64,000 bases of DNA, taken from assembly GCA_045862955.1 (NCBI GenBank), contig BTVI01000009.1, forward strand, positions 34,814 through 98,813, read 5' to 3'. The stretch's first letter is position 1; every line of letters starts with the position of its first letter. Under the pieces are notes generated by a model. That model ran no database searches. It was not told the origin of the DNA and worked only from the letters and a program-made list of their open reading frames with translations. A program made the translations under genes and the position numbers. This DNA is from Fimbriimonadales bacterium. GTDB taxonomy: Bacteria > Armatimonadota > Fimbriimonadia > Fimbriimonadales > JABRVX01. Below, piece by piece: positions 38,592 through 48,400 of the stretch.

Positions 38592-39134
38592 ATGAACGTA
38601 CGTACTCTCGTTATTGCATCCGCCCTCGCCGTCGGTGCGGTAGCTCAGGCTCAGACCCGCGCCAGCTTTCTGTCGCTGGACGACTTCAGCGACATCTTCG
38701 TGACCCCAGGAGCGGGGTCGTTCGAATACATTCTCAGCCTAGGACCTAATCCGACCATCACCTACCTCGGCGTCGAATACGACGTGGACCTGGTCTTCGG
38801 CCTCTGGGCCATTTCGGATTCCGGTGACCTGGCAGCTTCCGGGGCCAACCAGAACGGATGGTCTTACCACGAGAGCTTCAACAATCTCGCGGGATGGAAG
38901 AACCCCAGCAAGTCCGCCGCCGTACATCCGAACGGCAGCCTCAGCTTCAGCTACACCGCGATAGATACGAGCAAGATTGACCAGTTCGGCCTGCACATTC
39001 GGGTCGTCGGAGCCCTGCCGGACGGTGCGGATACCGCTCATTTCGAGCTGGTGCCCGAACCAAGCAGTCTCGCAGCTGCGCTCGTAGGACTCGGCGCGCT
39101 CGGCACTCTTCGCAGAATGCGCACTCGGCGATAG
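38592..39134 (+). CDS. PEP-CTERM sorting-domain protein
   Basis: Signal peptide and C-terminal 'VPEPSSLAAALVGLGALGTLRRMRTRR'. Confidence 0.92.
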   Translation: MNVRTLVIASALAVGAVAQAQTRASFLSLDDFSDIFVTPGAGSFEYILSLGPNPTITYLGVEYDVDLVFGLWAISDSGDLAASGANQNGWSYHESFNNLAGWKNPSKSAAVHPNGSLSFSYTAIDTSKIDQFGLHIRVVGALPDGADTAHFELVPEPSSLAAALVGLGALGTLRRMRTRR

Positions 39135-39195
39135 GCCAGTCCGAGTCGCATACGATATCGGTGGGTCGGGGGCAGAAGAACCCCCGCCCACCCCT

Positions 39196-40455
39196 CTATC
39201 GCCTTCTAGATGCCGACCTCGCGTGAAACTCCAGACCTTCCAGGCGGGCGAGTGCCACTGTGTCCTCCAGCAACTCCGCCGCGTCGCGCTCCACTCGCAG
39301 CCAGGTCCGCGCGCGCAGGAACGTCATCACCGATAGGCCCGCCGAGTGCCTAGCCGACCCACCCGTGGGCAGCACGTGGTTCGGTCCGGCGCCGTAATCC
39401 CCGAACGCCTCGGCGGTCGAAGTCCCGATGAACATTGTGCCGTACCGTCTGCAAGTTAGGGCTGCCTCCGACAGCGCCGGCTCCGCCAAGTGAAGGTGTA
39501 GGTGCTCGGGCGCAATGCGGTCTGTGAGCGACACCGCCTCGTCTAGCGATCCGGCTACGCACGCGAAGCCGTTAGATAACGCAGCCCGGGCGATGTCGGC
39601 CACGGGCGATCCGCTGAGGTATCTCGCCAGGGCCTGCTCCACTCCCTCCACCAGTTCGCCATCCAACGCGATCAGGATCGCGCAGGCATCGGGGTCGTGC
39701 TCCGCTTGAGCCAACAGATCGAGCGCGACCGTCTCGGCGTCGGCGCTGCCGTCGGCGATCACGGCCAGCTCCGACGGCCCCGCCAACATGTCTATCGCCA
39801 CGGACGAGGAGACCAGGTGCTTAGCCGCGGTCACCCACTTGTTTCCGGGTCCGACGATCACATCGCACGGAGGCACCCCTGCCACCCCGAAGGCGAGCGC
39901 TGCCACGGCTTGTGCGCCACCCACCGCGAGCAACCCGTTCGCACCCGCCACCGCCGCAGCCGCCAGGGTGATCGGCGGCGGCTTGGGCGATGCCACCCAC
40001 ACGTGCTCCACCCCTGCCACCCGGGCGGTCACCGCTGTCATCAGCACGGACGACGGCAAGGGGAAGCGACCACCCGGAGCGTAGCATCCGGCCGATTGCA
40101 CCGGTATCCACCGGTGGCCCGCGCTCCCACCCTCGATCGGCGTGTCCAGAGCGACGAGGCACGCGCGCTGCGCCTCGGCAAAGTGCCGGATCCGCTCAGC
40201 CACCCGCCGTAGAAGCGCAGCGTCTTCCCGGGGGATCGAGCCGAGCGCATGGTCCAGTTCGTCCCGAGACTTGACTAGCCGTTCTCCCGGCGCGATGTCA
40301 CCGAGTCGCTCGGCAAGCTCCCTGACTGCCGTCTCCCCACGATGCCTGACGTCTTCTACGATCCGCTCTGAATCGGCAAGAGCCGCGGCGTCCAGCGCAC
40401 TCCTCTGCAAAGCCACGACTTCCGATGGCTGCACCAAGCGAAGCAGTCGGCTCAT
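39196..40455 (-). CDS. hisD: Histidinol dehydrogenase
   Basis: 'GCYAPGGRFPLPSS', 'GPGNKWV', 'IDMLAGPSE', 'QAEHDP', 'GDYGAGPNHVLPT'. Confidence 0.96.
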   Translation of the reverse strand: MSRLLRLVQPSEVVALQRSALDAAALADSERIVEDVRHRGETAVRELAERLGDIAPGERLVKSRDELDHALGSIPREDAALLRRVAERIRHFAEAQRACLVALDTPIEGGSAGHRWIPVQSAGCYAPGGRFPLPSSVLMTAVTARVAGVEHVWVASPKPPPITLAAAAVAGANGLLAVGGAQAVAALAFGVAGVPPCDVIVGPGNKWVTAAKHLVSSSVAIDMLAGPSELAVIADGSADAETVALDLLAQAEHDPDACAILIALDGELVEGVEQALARYLSGSPVADIARAALSNGFACVAGSLDEAVSLTDRIAPEHLHLHLAEPALSEAALTCRRYGTMFIGTSTAEAFGDYGAGPNHVLPTGGSARHSAGLSVMTFLRARTWLRVERDAAELLEDTVALARLEGLEFHARSASRRR

Positions 40456-41714
40456 GCATCAGCGTCCTTTCTCTCTCCGCCCCGCCGCGTGACCCGCAGC
40501 GCCCGTCGGTCGAGCACGCGCTCCACGTCTTCGAGGGACCTGCCCGCACGCGAAAGCATAACCATCGTGAAGTAGAGCACGTCCGCGGCCTCCCCTACTA
40601 CCTCGTCGGGCGTCTCGGCGCTCGCGAGCTCGGCGGCCTCTTCGCGGAGCTTCGCCTCCAGCAGCGACGGATCGTCCAGCAGCCTGCGCGTGTAGGAACC
40701 CTCCGGCGCCTCTGCCAGTCGCGAACGAACCGTCGTTTCCAACGCGTCTAGCCCGCAGACCGGCCCCCAGCATGTGCGGTGACCCGTGTGGCAGAAACCT
40801 CCCCTCTGCCGGACCACGAAGCGCAGCGTATCGCGATCGCAGTCCACATCCACTCGCACGAGCTCTTGCTTGTTTCCAGAAGTCGCTCCCTTCACCCACA
40901 GCCCACGCTTTCGGGAGCAATACACGCCTGTGCGAGTGCGCACCGCCTCTCGCAGGCTCTCCATGCGCGAGTAAGCAAGGCCTAGAGCGACACCACGCTG
41001 GTCCGCCACCACCGTCGGCCACACGCCGTCCGGGCGGTCGGTTGTGAGCGGCGCCGCGATGGCCTCCGCCAAGTCCATCGCTCCGGTGTACAGCGCCATT
41101 CCCACCTGTGCGTCGGCGCCCATCCGGTCGAGTGCGGCGATGTCCAACGTGGTAGTCACCCCTCCCGCGATGGTTACTTTCGCTTGTCCAGCGGCCTCCA
41201 CGATCTCCCTGGCAGTGTCCAACGGCAGGCCTTGCATTCGCCCCTCGTGCTCCACGAAGGTGACGAGGAATCCGCCTACCAGGCCGCTAAGCTCTCGAAT
41301 GCGCTCCAAAACCATCCGCCCCGTGCCTTCCCGCCACCCTTTCACCACCACTTCGCCGTGGCGCGCATCCAGAGCGGCGATCACTCTCTCAGGGGGCAGT
41401 TTGGAGAGCACCTCTGGGGTTGCGGCGGTGCCGATAACTACCTTGCTCGCGCCTTCGTCCAACCACCGCAGCGCCGTATCCACATCCCGAATGCCGCCGC
41501 CCACTCGGCACCGCGCGACTTCGAGCAGGCGCCGGATCACCTCCGTATTCTCGCCTTGGCCCAGTGCCGCGTCGAGGTCCACAACAGCGATCTCGCCAGC
41601 CACAGCGAAGCGCTCTGCGATCGGCAGCGGGTCGCCCGCTTCCAGCACCTTCTCGCGGCCACCGACGAGCTGCACCGCCTGCCCGTCCATCAGGTCTATC
41701 GAGGGGATGATCAT
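40452..41714 (-). CDS. HisA-HisI-HisE fusion protein
   Basis: 'IIPSIDL..G..V', 'VGGGIR' (HisA); 'SRKRGLWVKGATSGN', 'DCDRD', 'FCHTG...CW' (HisI); 'SYTRRL', 'KLREEAAEL', 'EAADVLYF' (HisE). Confidence 0.9.
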   Translation of the reverse strand: MIIPSIDLMDGQAVQLVGGREKVLEAGDPLPIAERFAVAGEIAVVDLDAALGQGENTEVIRRLLEVARCRVGGGIRDVDTALRWLDEGASKVVIGTAATPEVLSKLPPERVIAALDARHGEVVVKGWREGTGRMVLERIRELSGLVGGFLVTFVEHEGRMQGLPLDTAREIVEAAGQAKVTIAGGVTTTLDIAALDRMGADAQVGMALYTGAMDLAEAIAAPLTTDRPDGVWPTVVADQRGVALGLAYSRMESLREAVRTRTGVYCSRKRGLWVKGATSGNKQELVRVDVDCDRDTLRFVVRQRGGFCHTGHRTCWGPVCGLDALETTVRSRLAEAPEGSYTRRLLDDPSLLEAKLREEAAELASAETPDEVVGEAADVLYFTMVMLSRAGRSLEDVERVLDRRALRVTRRGGERKDADA

Positions 41715-42466
41715 AGCCTCACCCTCATTCCCGCAGCGGCAAGCTCGCGCTTCACGTCCGCCACGGTCGTGTCTCCATCGTGAAAGATGGATGCCGCCAG
41801 CACCGCATCTGCGCCAGCCTGAAGCGCTTCCACCAGATGCTGCGGCGTGTCGGCTCCTCCCGATGCGATCACGGGCACGTGTACGGCCTTCGATATTGCG
41901 GAAAGCAAGGCCAGATCATAGCCCCACCGTGTTCCATCCCGATCCCAACTGGTTAGCAGTATCTCGCCTGCGCCGAGCGACACCGCCTGCTTCGCCCAAT
42001 CCACGGCGTCCATTCCCGTCCGGTGCGTACCCGAAAGCACTACCACCTCCCAGCTGCCGTCGCCTCGCTCGGCCGCGTCCAAAGCCAGTACTGCGCACTG
42101 ACTGCCGAATCGGGTGGCGATCTCGTGTAGGATTCGTGGCTCGCTCACCGCCGCGGTGTTCACCGAGACCTTATCCGCGCCCGCCTCTAGCAAAGCCTCT
42201 ACGTCGGTCGTGGACCGAATCCCCCCACCTACGGTGAGCGGAATGCCGATACGAGCGCGAACCCCTCGAACCGTCTCCACCGCCGTCTTTCGGCCTTCGG
42301 GCGTGGCGCTCACGTCCAAAATCACCAGCTCGTCCGCGCCCTGACGCTCGTACTCCTCCGCCAGCTCTTCGGGCGAGCCGGCGTCGCGCAGCGCGGAGAA
42401 CCGGACGCCCTTCACCACGCGCCCGTCCCGCACGTCTAAGCATGGGATGATCCGAGACGTAAGCAT
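41711..42466 (-). CDS. hisF: Imidazole glycerol phosphate synthase cyclase subunit
   Basis: 'RIIPCLDV..GRVVKG', 'GADKVSVNTAA', 'GEILLTS.DRDGT', 'AASIFH'. Confidence 0.96.
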   Translation of the reverse strand: MLTSRIIPCLDVRDGRVVKGVRFSALRDAGSPEELAEEYERQGADELVILDVSATPEGRKTAVETVRGVRARIGIPLTVGGGIRSTTDVEALLEAGADKVSVNTAAVSEPRILHEIATRFGSQCAVLALDAAERGDGSWEVVVLSGTHRTGMDAVDWAKQAVSLGAGEILLTSWDRDGTRWGYDLALLSAISKAVHVPVIASGGADTPQHLVEALQAGADAVLAASIFHDGDTTVADVKRELAAAGMRVRL

Positions 42467-42532
42467 ATGCCGACGAGCATACCAGCCGGGGACGGGCAGG
42501 AAGCCGGGTCCCGGTCGGGGAACATGCATCCC

Positions 42533-43753
42533 ATGAAAGTCATCCAGCCGACCTTCGGCCAGACCATCACCGCGCAGACAGCATTCGAGCCCGGAGTGTA
42601 TCCACTCGGCGGCGACAAGGCGGGCCCGGTGCTCACAATCACCCTCTCCGACGCCTATCTCGACCTTTCGGGCGTCGCGCTCATCGGCGTACACCATGAG
42701 CCGCACCGCTTCAAGGGAGTCGGCATCCTGCTGAAGGGCTGCAAGGGATTGCGGCTCAGTGGCGTCACCGTCGCTCGCTATCACCGAGGAATCGTCTTAG
42801 AGGATTGCGAAGACGTCACGCTCGTGGACTGTCATGCCGACCACAACGGCTGTCACCGCTTCTACAGCACCGAAGAGACGTATGACAAACGCGACTTCCT
42901 GAACATCTTCGACTACAAGGTGTGGGGAAAGTATGGTGCTGGCATCTACCTCTCGAAGTGCAAGCGCTGCACCATCCACCGCTCCTCAGCGTGTAACCAA
43001 CTGAACGGCATCATCTTGGATCGGTGCGATGAGTGTTTGGTGCAAGGATGCGAGTGCACGGAGAACCTCGGGTGGGGTGTAAGGCTCTATCGCAGCTCGC
43101 ACAATCGCATCGTGGGGAACGATCTTTCCCATTGCATCAGCGGCGAGACTCCCTACTACAGTGTCGGCAATGACAGTGCCGGTGTGTGTATCTGCCATGC
43201 ATGCCACTTCAATGTGATAGCCGACAACGACCTGCAATACGGGGGCGACGGCTTCTTCCTAACAGCCGACCTAGGCACCGACCAGTCCAACGACAACCTG
43301 ATCATCGGTAACGACGGCTCCTACTCCCCTCATAATGCATTCGAGTCCACCTTCTGTCTGCGTAACCGTTTCTATGGCAACACGGCTTCCCACTCGAACT
43401 ATGGGTTCTGGATGGGCTTCTCGTGTGACAACCACGTGGTGGATAATGAAATCCTGGGCAATCGCCGCGCCGGCATCGCTATCGAACACGCTGAAGGAAA
43501 CCTGATCGCCGGAAACGAGATCGGATATAACCACGAGCAGGGCATACTGCTCATGCGCAGGAGGAAGAAAGGGCCGCCCTCGCGACGTTACCGCATCGAG
43601 GCAAACCACTTCGAGTGGAACGGAGTGGGAGTCGAGCTCTCGGAGAGCACCGAGGTCACGCTTTATCGGAACACATTCCTCGGTACCGGCAAGCCGTGGA
43701 CGGAAGACAAGGGGTGCAAACGCAATCAGTTCCGCGAGAACGACATCCACTAA
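42533..43753 (+). CDS. Right-handed parallel beta-helix (NosD/CASH-like) protein
   Basis: Repeating G-I-x-L...N-x-I-x-x-N units; start 42524 or 42533. Confidence 0.8.
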   Translation: MKVIQPTFGQTITAQTAFEPGVYPLGGDKAGPVLTITLSDAYLDLSGVALIGVHHEPHRFKGVGILLKGCKGLRLSGVTVARYHRGIVLEDCEDVTLVDCHADHNGCHRFYSTEETYDKRDFLNIFDYKVWGKYGAGIYLSKCKRCTIHRSSACNQLNGIILDRCDECLVQGCECTENLGWGVRLYRSSHNRIVGNDLSHCISGETPYYSVGNDSAGVCICHACHFNVIADNDLQYGGDGFFLTADLGTDQSNDNLIIGNDGSYSPHNAFESTFCLRNRFYGNTASHSNYGFWMGFSCDNHVVDNEILGNRRAGIAIEHAEGNLIAGNEIGYNHEQGILLMRRRKKGPPSRRYRIEANHFEWNGVGVELSESTEVTLYRNTFLGTGKPWTEDKGCKRNQFRENDIH

Positions 43754-43783
43754 CACACACAGCCGGTACCAACTGACAGCGCG

Positions 43784-44524
43784 ATGAATCGACGCACCTA
43801 CACTGTCGAGGCCTTCGTCGCGCACAGACGAGATCTGGGTGAGACGGACAAGCTCTTAGTACTGTTTTCTCGCGAGATGGGGCGCATTTCGGCCATCGCG
43901 CGCGGCGCTCGCAAGCCAGGCAGTTCTCTTGCGGGCAGCACGGACGCACTCTGCTTTGCCAAGTACCATTTAGCAAAGGGTCGCCAATTCGACTACGTGA
44001 CCCAGGCGCAGCCGCTGCGCACCTTCGCCCACCTTCGCTCGGACCTACTTCGTACCGCGTGCGCACTCGAGCTGGCCGAGATCATCGAGAGAGCGATGGG
44101 CGACCACCAGCCGAACGAGGCAGCCTACGATCTCGCGCTGCTCACCATGGAGCTGCTGGATGGGGCATCCGATCCCGCAGCGGTCTCCGCCTGGTCAGAA
44201 CTTCACCTAATGCGTGTCCTCGGCTATCATCCGAGGCTCGACGACTGCGCATCGTGTCATCGCCCACTCCCGCCTCGAGCCGCATTCAGCCCGGGAGCAG
44301 GCGGCCTGATGTGCCGAGCATGTTCCCGAGGTCGGCGCGACGCGCTCGGACTGTCTGCGGAGGCCGTGGCCGAGCTACGCGCTCTGGCCGCAGCCGACTC
44401 GCCACCCCCCGCACTCAAAGCTTGTGGTGCGCTTCGCCGCGTGTACCGAACCGTCTGGCAGCACGTGCTGGACAGCGACCTTCGGTCCGCAAACTTTCTG
44501 GACGACCTACTCTCGATCGGCTGA
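43784..44524 (+). CDS. recO: DNA repair protein RecO
   Basis: 'DLGETDKL..FSRE.G.I.AIARGARKP', CxxC..CxxC zinc finger. Confidence 0.92.
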   Translation: MNRRTYTVEAFVAHRRDLGETDKLLVLFSREMGRISAIARGARKPGSSLAGSTDALCFAKYHLAKGRQFDYVTQAQPLRTFAHLRSDLLRTACALELAEIIERAMGDHQPNEAAYDLALLTMELLDGASDPAAVSAWSELHLMRVLGYHPRLDDCASCHRPLPPRAAFSPGAGGLMCRACSRGRRDALGLSAEAVAELRALAAADSPPPALKACGALRRVYRTVWQHVLDSDLRSANFLDDLLSIG

Positions 44525-44568
44525 ACAGGGCCCGAACGTTCTCAGCCCTAGGTACAATCCCCAAACCG

Positions 44569-45450
44569 ATGCAGCAGCGTCTTCCCGACTGGCTCAAGAT
44601 CCGGCTTCCGCGCATGGAAACCGTGCAGCAGGTGGAGCAGATGGTCCGATCTGCGCACTTGCACACCGTGTGCGAAAGCGCACGCTGTCCGAATCTGCAC
44701 GAGTGCTGGTCGAAGAAAACTGCGACATTCATGATCCTGGGCGACATCTGCACCCGCTCTTGCGGCTTCTGCGCCATCAAGGTGGGTCGCCCCCTCGCTC
44801 CCGATCCGGACGAGCCCAGGCGCGTGGCAGAAACCGCAAAGCAGATGGGTCTTCGCCATGTGGTGGTCACCTCGGTGGCCCGAGACGACTTGCCGGACGA
44901 GGGGGCGCAGCAGTTCGCAGACACGATCCGAGCGCTTCACTCGGCCATGCCCGACAGCATCGTCGAGGTGCTCACCCCGGACTTCAAGGCCGCCGAGTGG
45001 CGCATTCGCCTAGTCACCGATGCTGGCCCCGAGATCTTCAACCACAACGTGGAGACCGTGCCTCGCCTGCAGACGGTAGTTCGTCCGCAGGCGGGCTTCG
45101 AGCGCAGCCTCGAGACGCTGCGAACGGCCAAGCGCCTCGCGCCGCACATCTACACCAAGTCCGGCATCATGCTGGGCTTAGGCGAGACCCATGCAGAGAT
45201 CGTGAAAACCCTTCGCGCCCTTCGCGCTGCCGGAGTGGATGCGGTCACCATCGGCCAATACCTTCGACCCACCATGAACCACTTGCCGGTCGTGGAGTAT
45301 GTCGAGCCCGCCCGCTTCAAGGAGTACGAGACCCTCGGCGAGGAGATGGGCTTCGCGTTCGTGGCCTCGGGCCCGTTCGTGCGTAGTTCCTACAACGCTG
45401 CGGCGTTCTCCAAGAAGATGATGGCGGAGCGCATGTCGAAGACTGGGTAA
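44569..45450 (+). CDS. lipA: Lipoyl synthase
   Basis: 'CESARCPNLHEC', 'CTRSCGFC', 'HNVETV', 'VRSSY'. Confidence 0.97.
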   Translation: MQQRLPDWLKIRLPRMETVQQVEQMVRSAHLHTVCESARCPNLHECWSKKTATFMILGDICTRSCGFCAIKVGRPLAPDPDEPRRVAETAKQMGLRHVVVTSVARDDLPDEGAQQFADTIRALHSAMPDSIVEVLTPDFKAAEWRIRLVTDAGPEIFNHNVETVPRLQTVVRPQAGFERSLETLRTAKRLAPHIYTKSGIMLGLGETHAEIVKTLRALRAAGVDAVTIGQYLRPTMNHLPVVEYVEPARFKEYETLGEEMGFAFVASGPFVRSSYNAAAFSKKMMAERMSKTG

Positions 45451-45457
45451 CAGACCC

Positions 45458-48400
45458 ATGCCTCGGTGGTTCAGCATCGTCCCGGTCCTGATAGCGGGCG
45501 CACCGATCCTATGTGCGCTCTGGTTCGCGTACGTGGTCGCCCAGCGCGTCATAGAGGGGGCCGAGGCACGTCTGGTTCCAGCTGCCGTGCGAACAGTAGA
45601 GCGGGAATATGGCCTCGTGGTGCGCTACGGCGATGTCACCCCCGACCTGCGCTCCGGAACGCTCGAGGCCACCGACGTCGAAGTATTAGCCCAAGACGGC
45701 CACCCTATCGTCTACGCGCCTAACCTCAGCCTGCAGTTCACCGGCATAGACCGGCCGCGCAGCTATGTACGGGTCGAAGCGGATGGCGCAGCGCTGCACG
45801 TGGTTCGCCTAGAGGACGGCTCCTTCGAACTCCATCGCCTGCTCGCACGCCCAGAGAGGAAGCCGAGCGAGCTGCCGCTGGACCTAGCTCTTCGCAACGC
45901 CACCCTGTTCTACACCGACCGAGGTGACCGCGAGCCCCGGCAACTCGAGGTGCGAAACGTCTCCGCCAACCTGCAAATCCTCGGTCGCGCCGGTCGGGTC
46001 AGCGCGAGAGGCCTGACCGACTCCACCGCCGAGATGACGGTCAACGCAGAGTGGACGGCAGGGCAGGGGCGCATGAGCGCCGCAGCCGACTGCCTGCGTG
46101 GCGCGGAGGCACTGGCTGCACTGCGATCCCAGGTGGGCGTCCACGTAGCCGACAACATCTCGCTCTCCGATGCGCAGGGTCCCGTCGAGCTTTCCCTAAC
46201 GTGGGGTGGGGGACGAACAGACTGGATCGCCGCAGGCGAAGCGAAGGCGCGCAGAGTTTCCTACCAGGGCAGCACCGCAACCGACCTGAACGCGTCGTTC
46301 GTTGCCACCCCGCGTGACTGGTGCGCGCGTGGCACCCTTCGCGCACTGGGCGGCTCGGCCGCAGTCGCCGCGCGCGTGCAAACCGATCGCTCTGGTCCCC
46401 ACGTAGATGCCTGGGTCTCCGGCTCGGGACCTAGCGCAGAGCAGCTTTGGACGCTGGCGGGTCGCAAGGGTCCATCTCCGGTCCGAGGCAGCTTCTCGGG
46501 CGCCGTCAACATCCGCGGCGATCCAGCCGCACCATCGGTGGTTGGCACGTGGCGCTTGGCGAGCGCGGAGGCGCAGGGGCGCCGCGTCACCGGGCTTACC
46601 GGAGAAGTGGTCTACATGACCGACAAGACCCTCGGTCTTCGGAATCTGAACGGGAGGTGGCGAGGTTCCCGTGTACGGGGAGAGGCGGTGGTAGACCTCC
46701 GAACGAACGAGGTCAGAGCCGCAGCAAGCGTCGCAGGCCTTGCGCTCGAGAGCTTTGCCGAGGCCGCTCAGCAGGGCCTCTCCGGACGCGCCGACGTGTC
46801 GGCGGTGATTACCGGAGGCGACGATACCCTCCGCGTCGCAGCGAACTTCACCGCCCCCGCGCTGAATCTGACCCGCCGTTTGGGAGAGGACGAGGTTTGG
46901 TCCGAGAACCTAGGCGTAGCCGAAGCACGTCTGACCTGGAGAGCCGGCAGCCTCGCCATGCCTCTCGGGCGCGTATCTGGTCCTCTAGGCTTGCTGCAAT
47001 CCTCGGGATACTACGCAGGCGACACTCGAGAGCTGTCGTTCGACTACGACGTCGTGGGACTTCCACTCGATGCACTGCGTGCCTTTCTCGACGTCGAGGG
47101 CTCCGCATTCGCTTCCGGATCGGTCACGGGCTCGTTGGACGCACCTCGTGTGATCGGGCGCGCCGAAGTGTACGGACCGGAGCTAGCCGGCTTCGATGCA
47201 GCACTCCTGGGTGGGCGGTTCGCCTATGCGGAGGGGCTCCTGCAGATGGAGGACGTGCAGCTTCGGCGAGGGGCAGCCCTGGTGGATGTGGCCGGCGAGG
47301 TGGACTTCCGCCATCCTGACCTCGGCCCCCTGCTCGCGCTCCAGGTCTCCGGGGATCAGATCGAATCCGCTCGGGTGCTAGAGGCCCTGAACACGGACGT
47401 GCCGCTGCGCGGGTTAGCATCCGTGCTCGCTCGCATCTCTGGCCCGCTGTCCGACGTCGAAGTGGCGGGCTCTGCCCGTGTGGCCGAAGGCGTACTCGAC
47501 CGACTCGCACTGGATGAAGCCCGTGCGGCATTCCGATACGGCGGTGGCGAGTTGGAAGTTTCCGAGGCGGAGGCGCGCGTCGGTGGGGGCGTGCTGAGGG
47601 GTTCTGCACGGATAGGCACAGACGCCATCGAAGCCCATCTCGACCTTATCGGTGCGGACCTCGCTGCCGTCAACGGCTACCTCGACCCCGCTACGCCGCT
47701 GTCCGGAACTGCCGACCTGACTGCCACCGTTCATGGCTCGCTCACGGAGCCCTCCTTCACGCTTTCCGGCAGGCTTCACGACCCCGCGGTGGCCGACCTT
47801 CGGTTCACCTCCGGCACACTCGATGGAAGGTCGGAGGGTGGCGAATGGAGCGGGTCTCTCCGTCTAACCCACGAGAACCGCAGTGCTGTCGCCGAGCTCC
47901 GGGCGTACCGTCTGAGCGACCGATCGGTGGATGCAACGGGTGCCGTCACCCTCAGCCTCGATGATGCTCGATTCTTCGCGCGCCGCCTCGTGCCGGAGAG
48001 CGACAGCGATACCTGGCGGCGCCTAAGCAAGCTTCATGGACTGGCACACCTTTCGATCGGTCTTCAGGGCGATGTGAAGCGTCCGTCACTACCCTTCGAC
48101 CTGCAGATCGATGACCTGATCGTTGGCACCCGGGAGGCTGGTCGGCTCGAAGCACGGGGCACTGCTACCGACGAAATGTATAACTTTGACGCCATAAACT
48201 GGAACTCTTCTGTCGGTACGCTGCAGGGAGCCGGAAGCTTCACGCGGGGAGCGGACATCCGTGCTGTCATAGATGTCTCGAACCTCGACGCCGGCTTGCT
48301 CGCTGAACTCGACCCTGCCTTTGCTTCGGTGCACGGGCACGTGGACCTGACCGCGCAGATGTCCGGTGACTCCCAGCGGCCGGACGTTGATCTCACCGTC

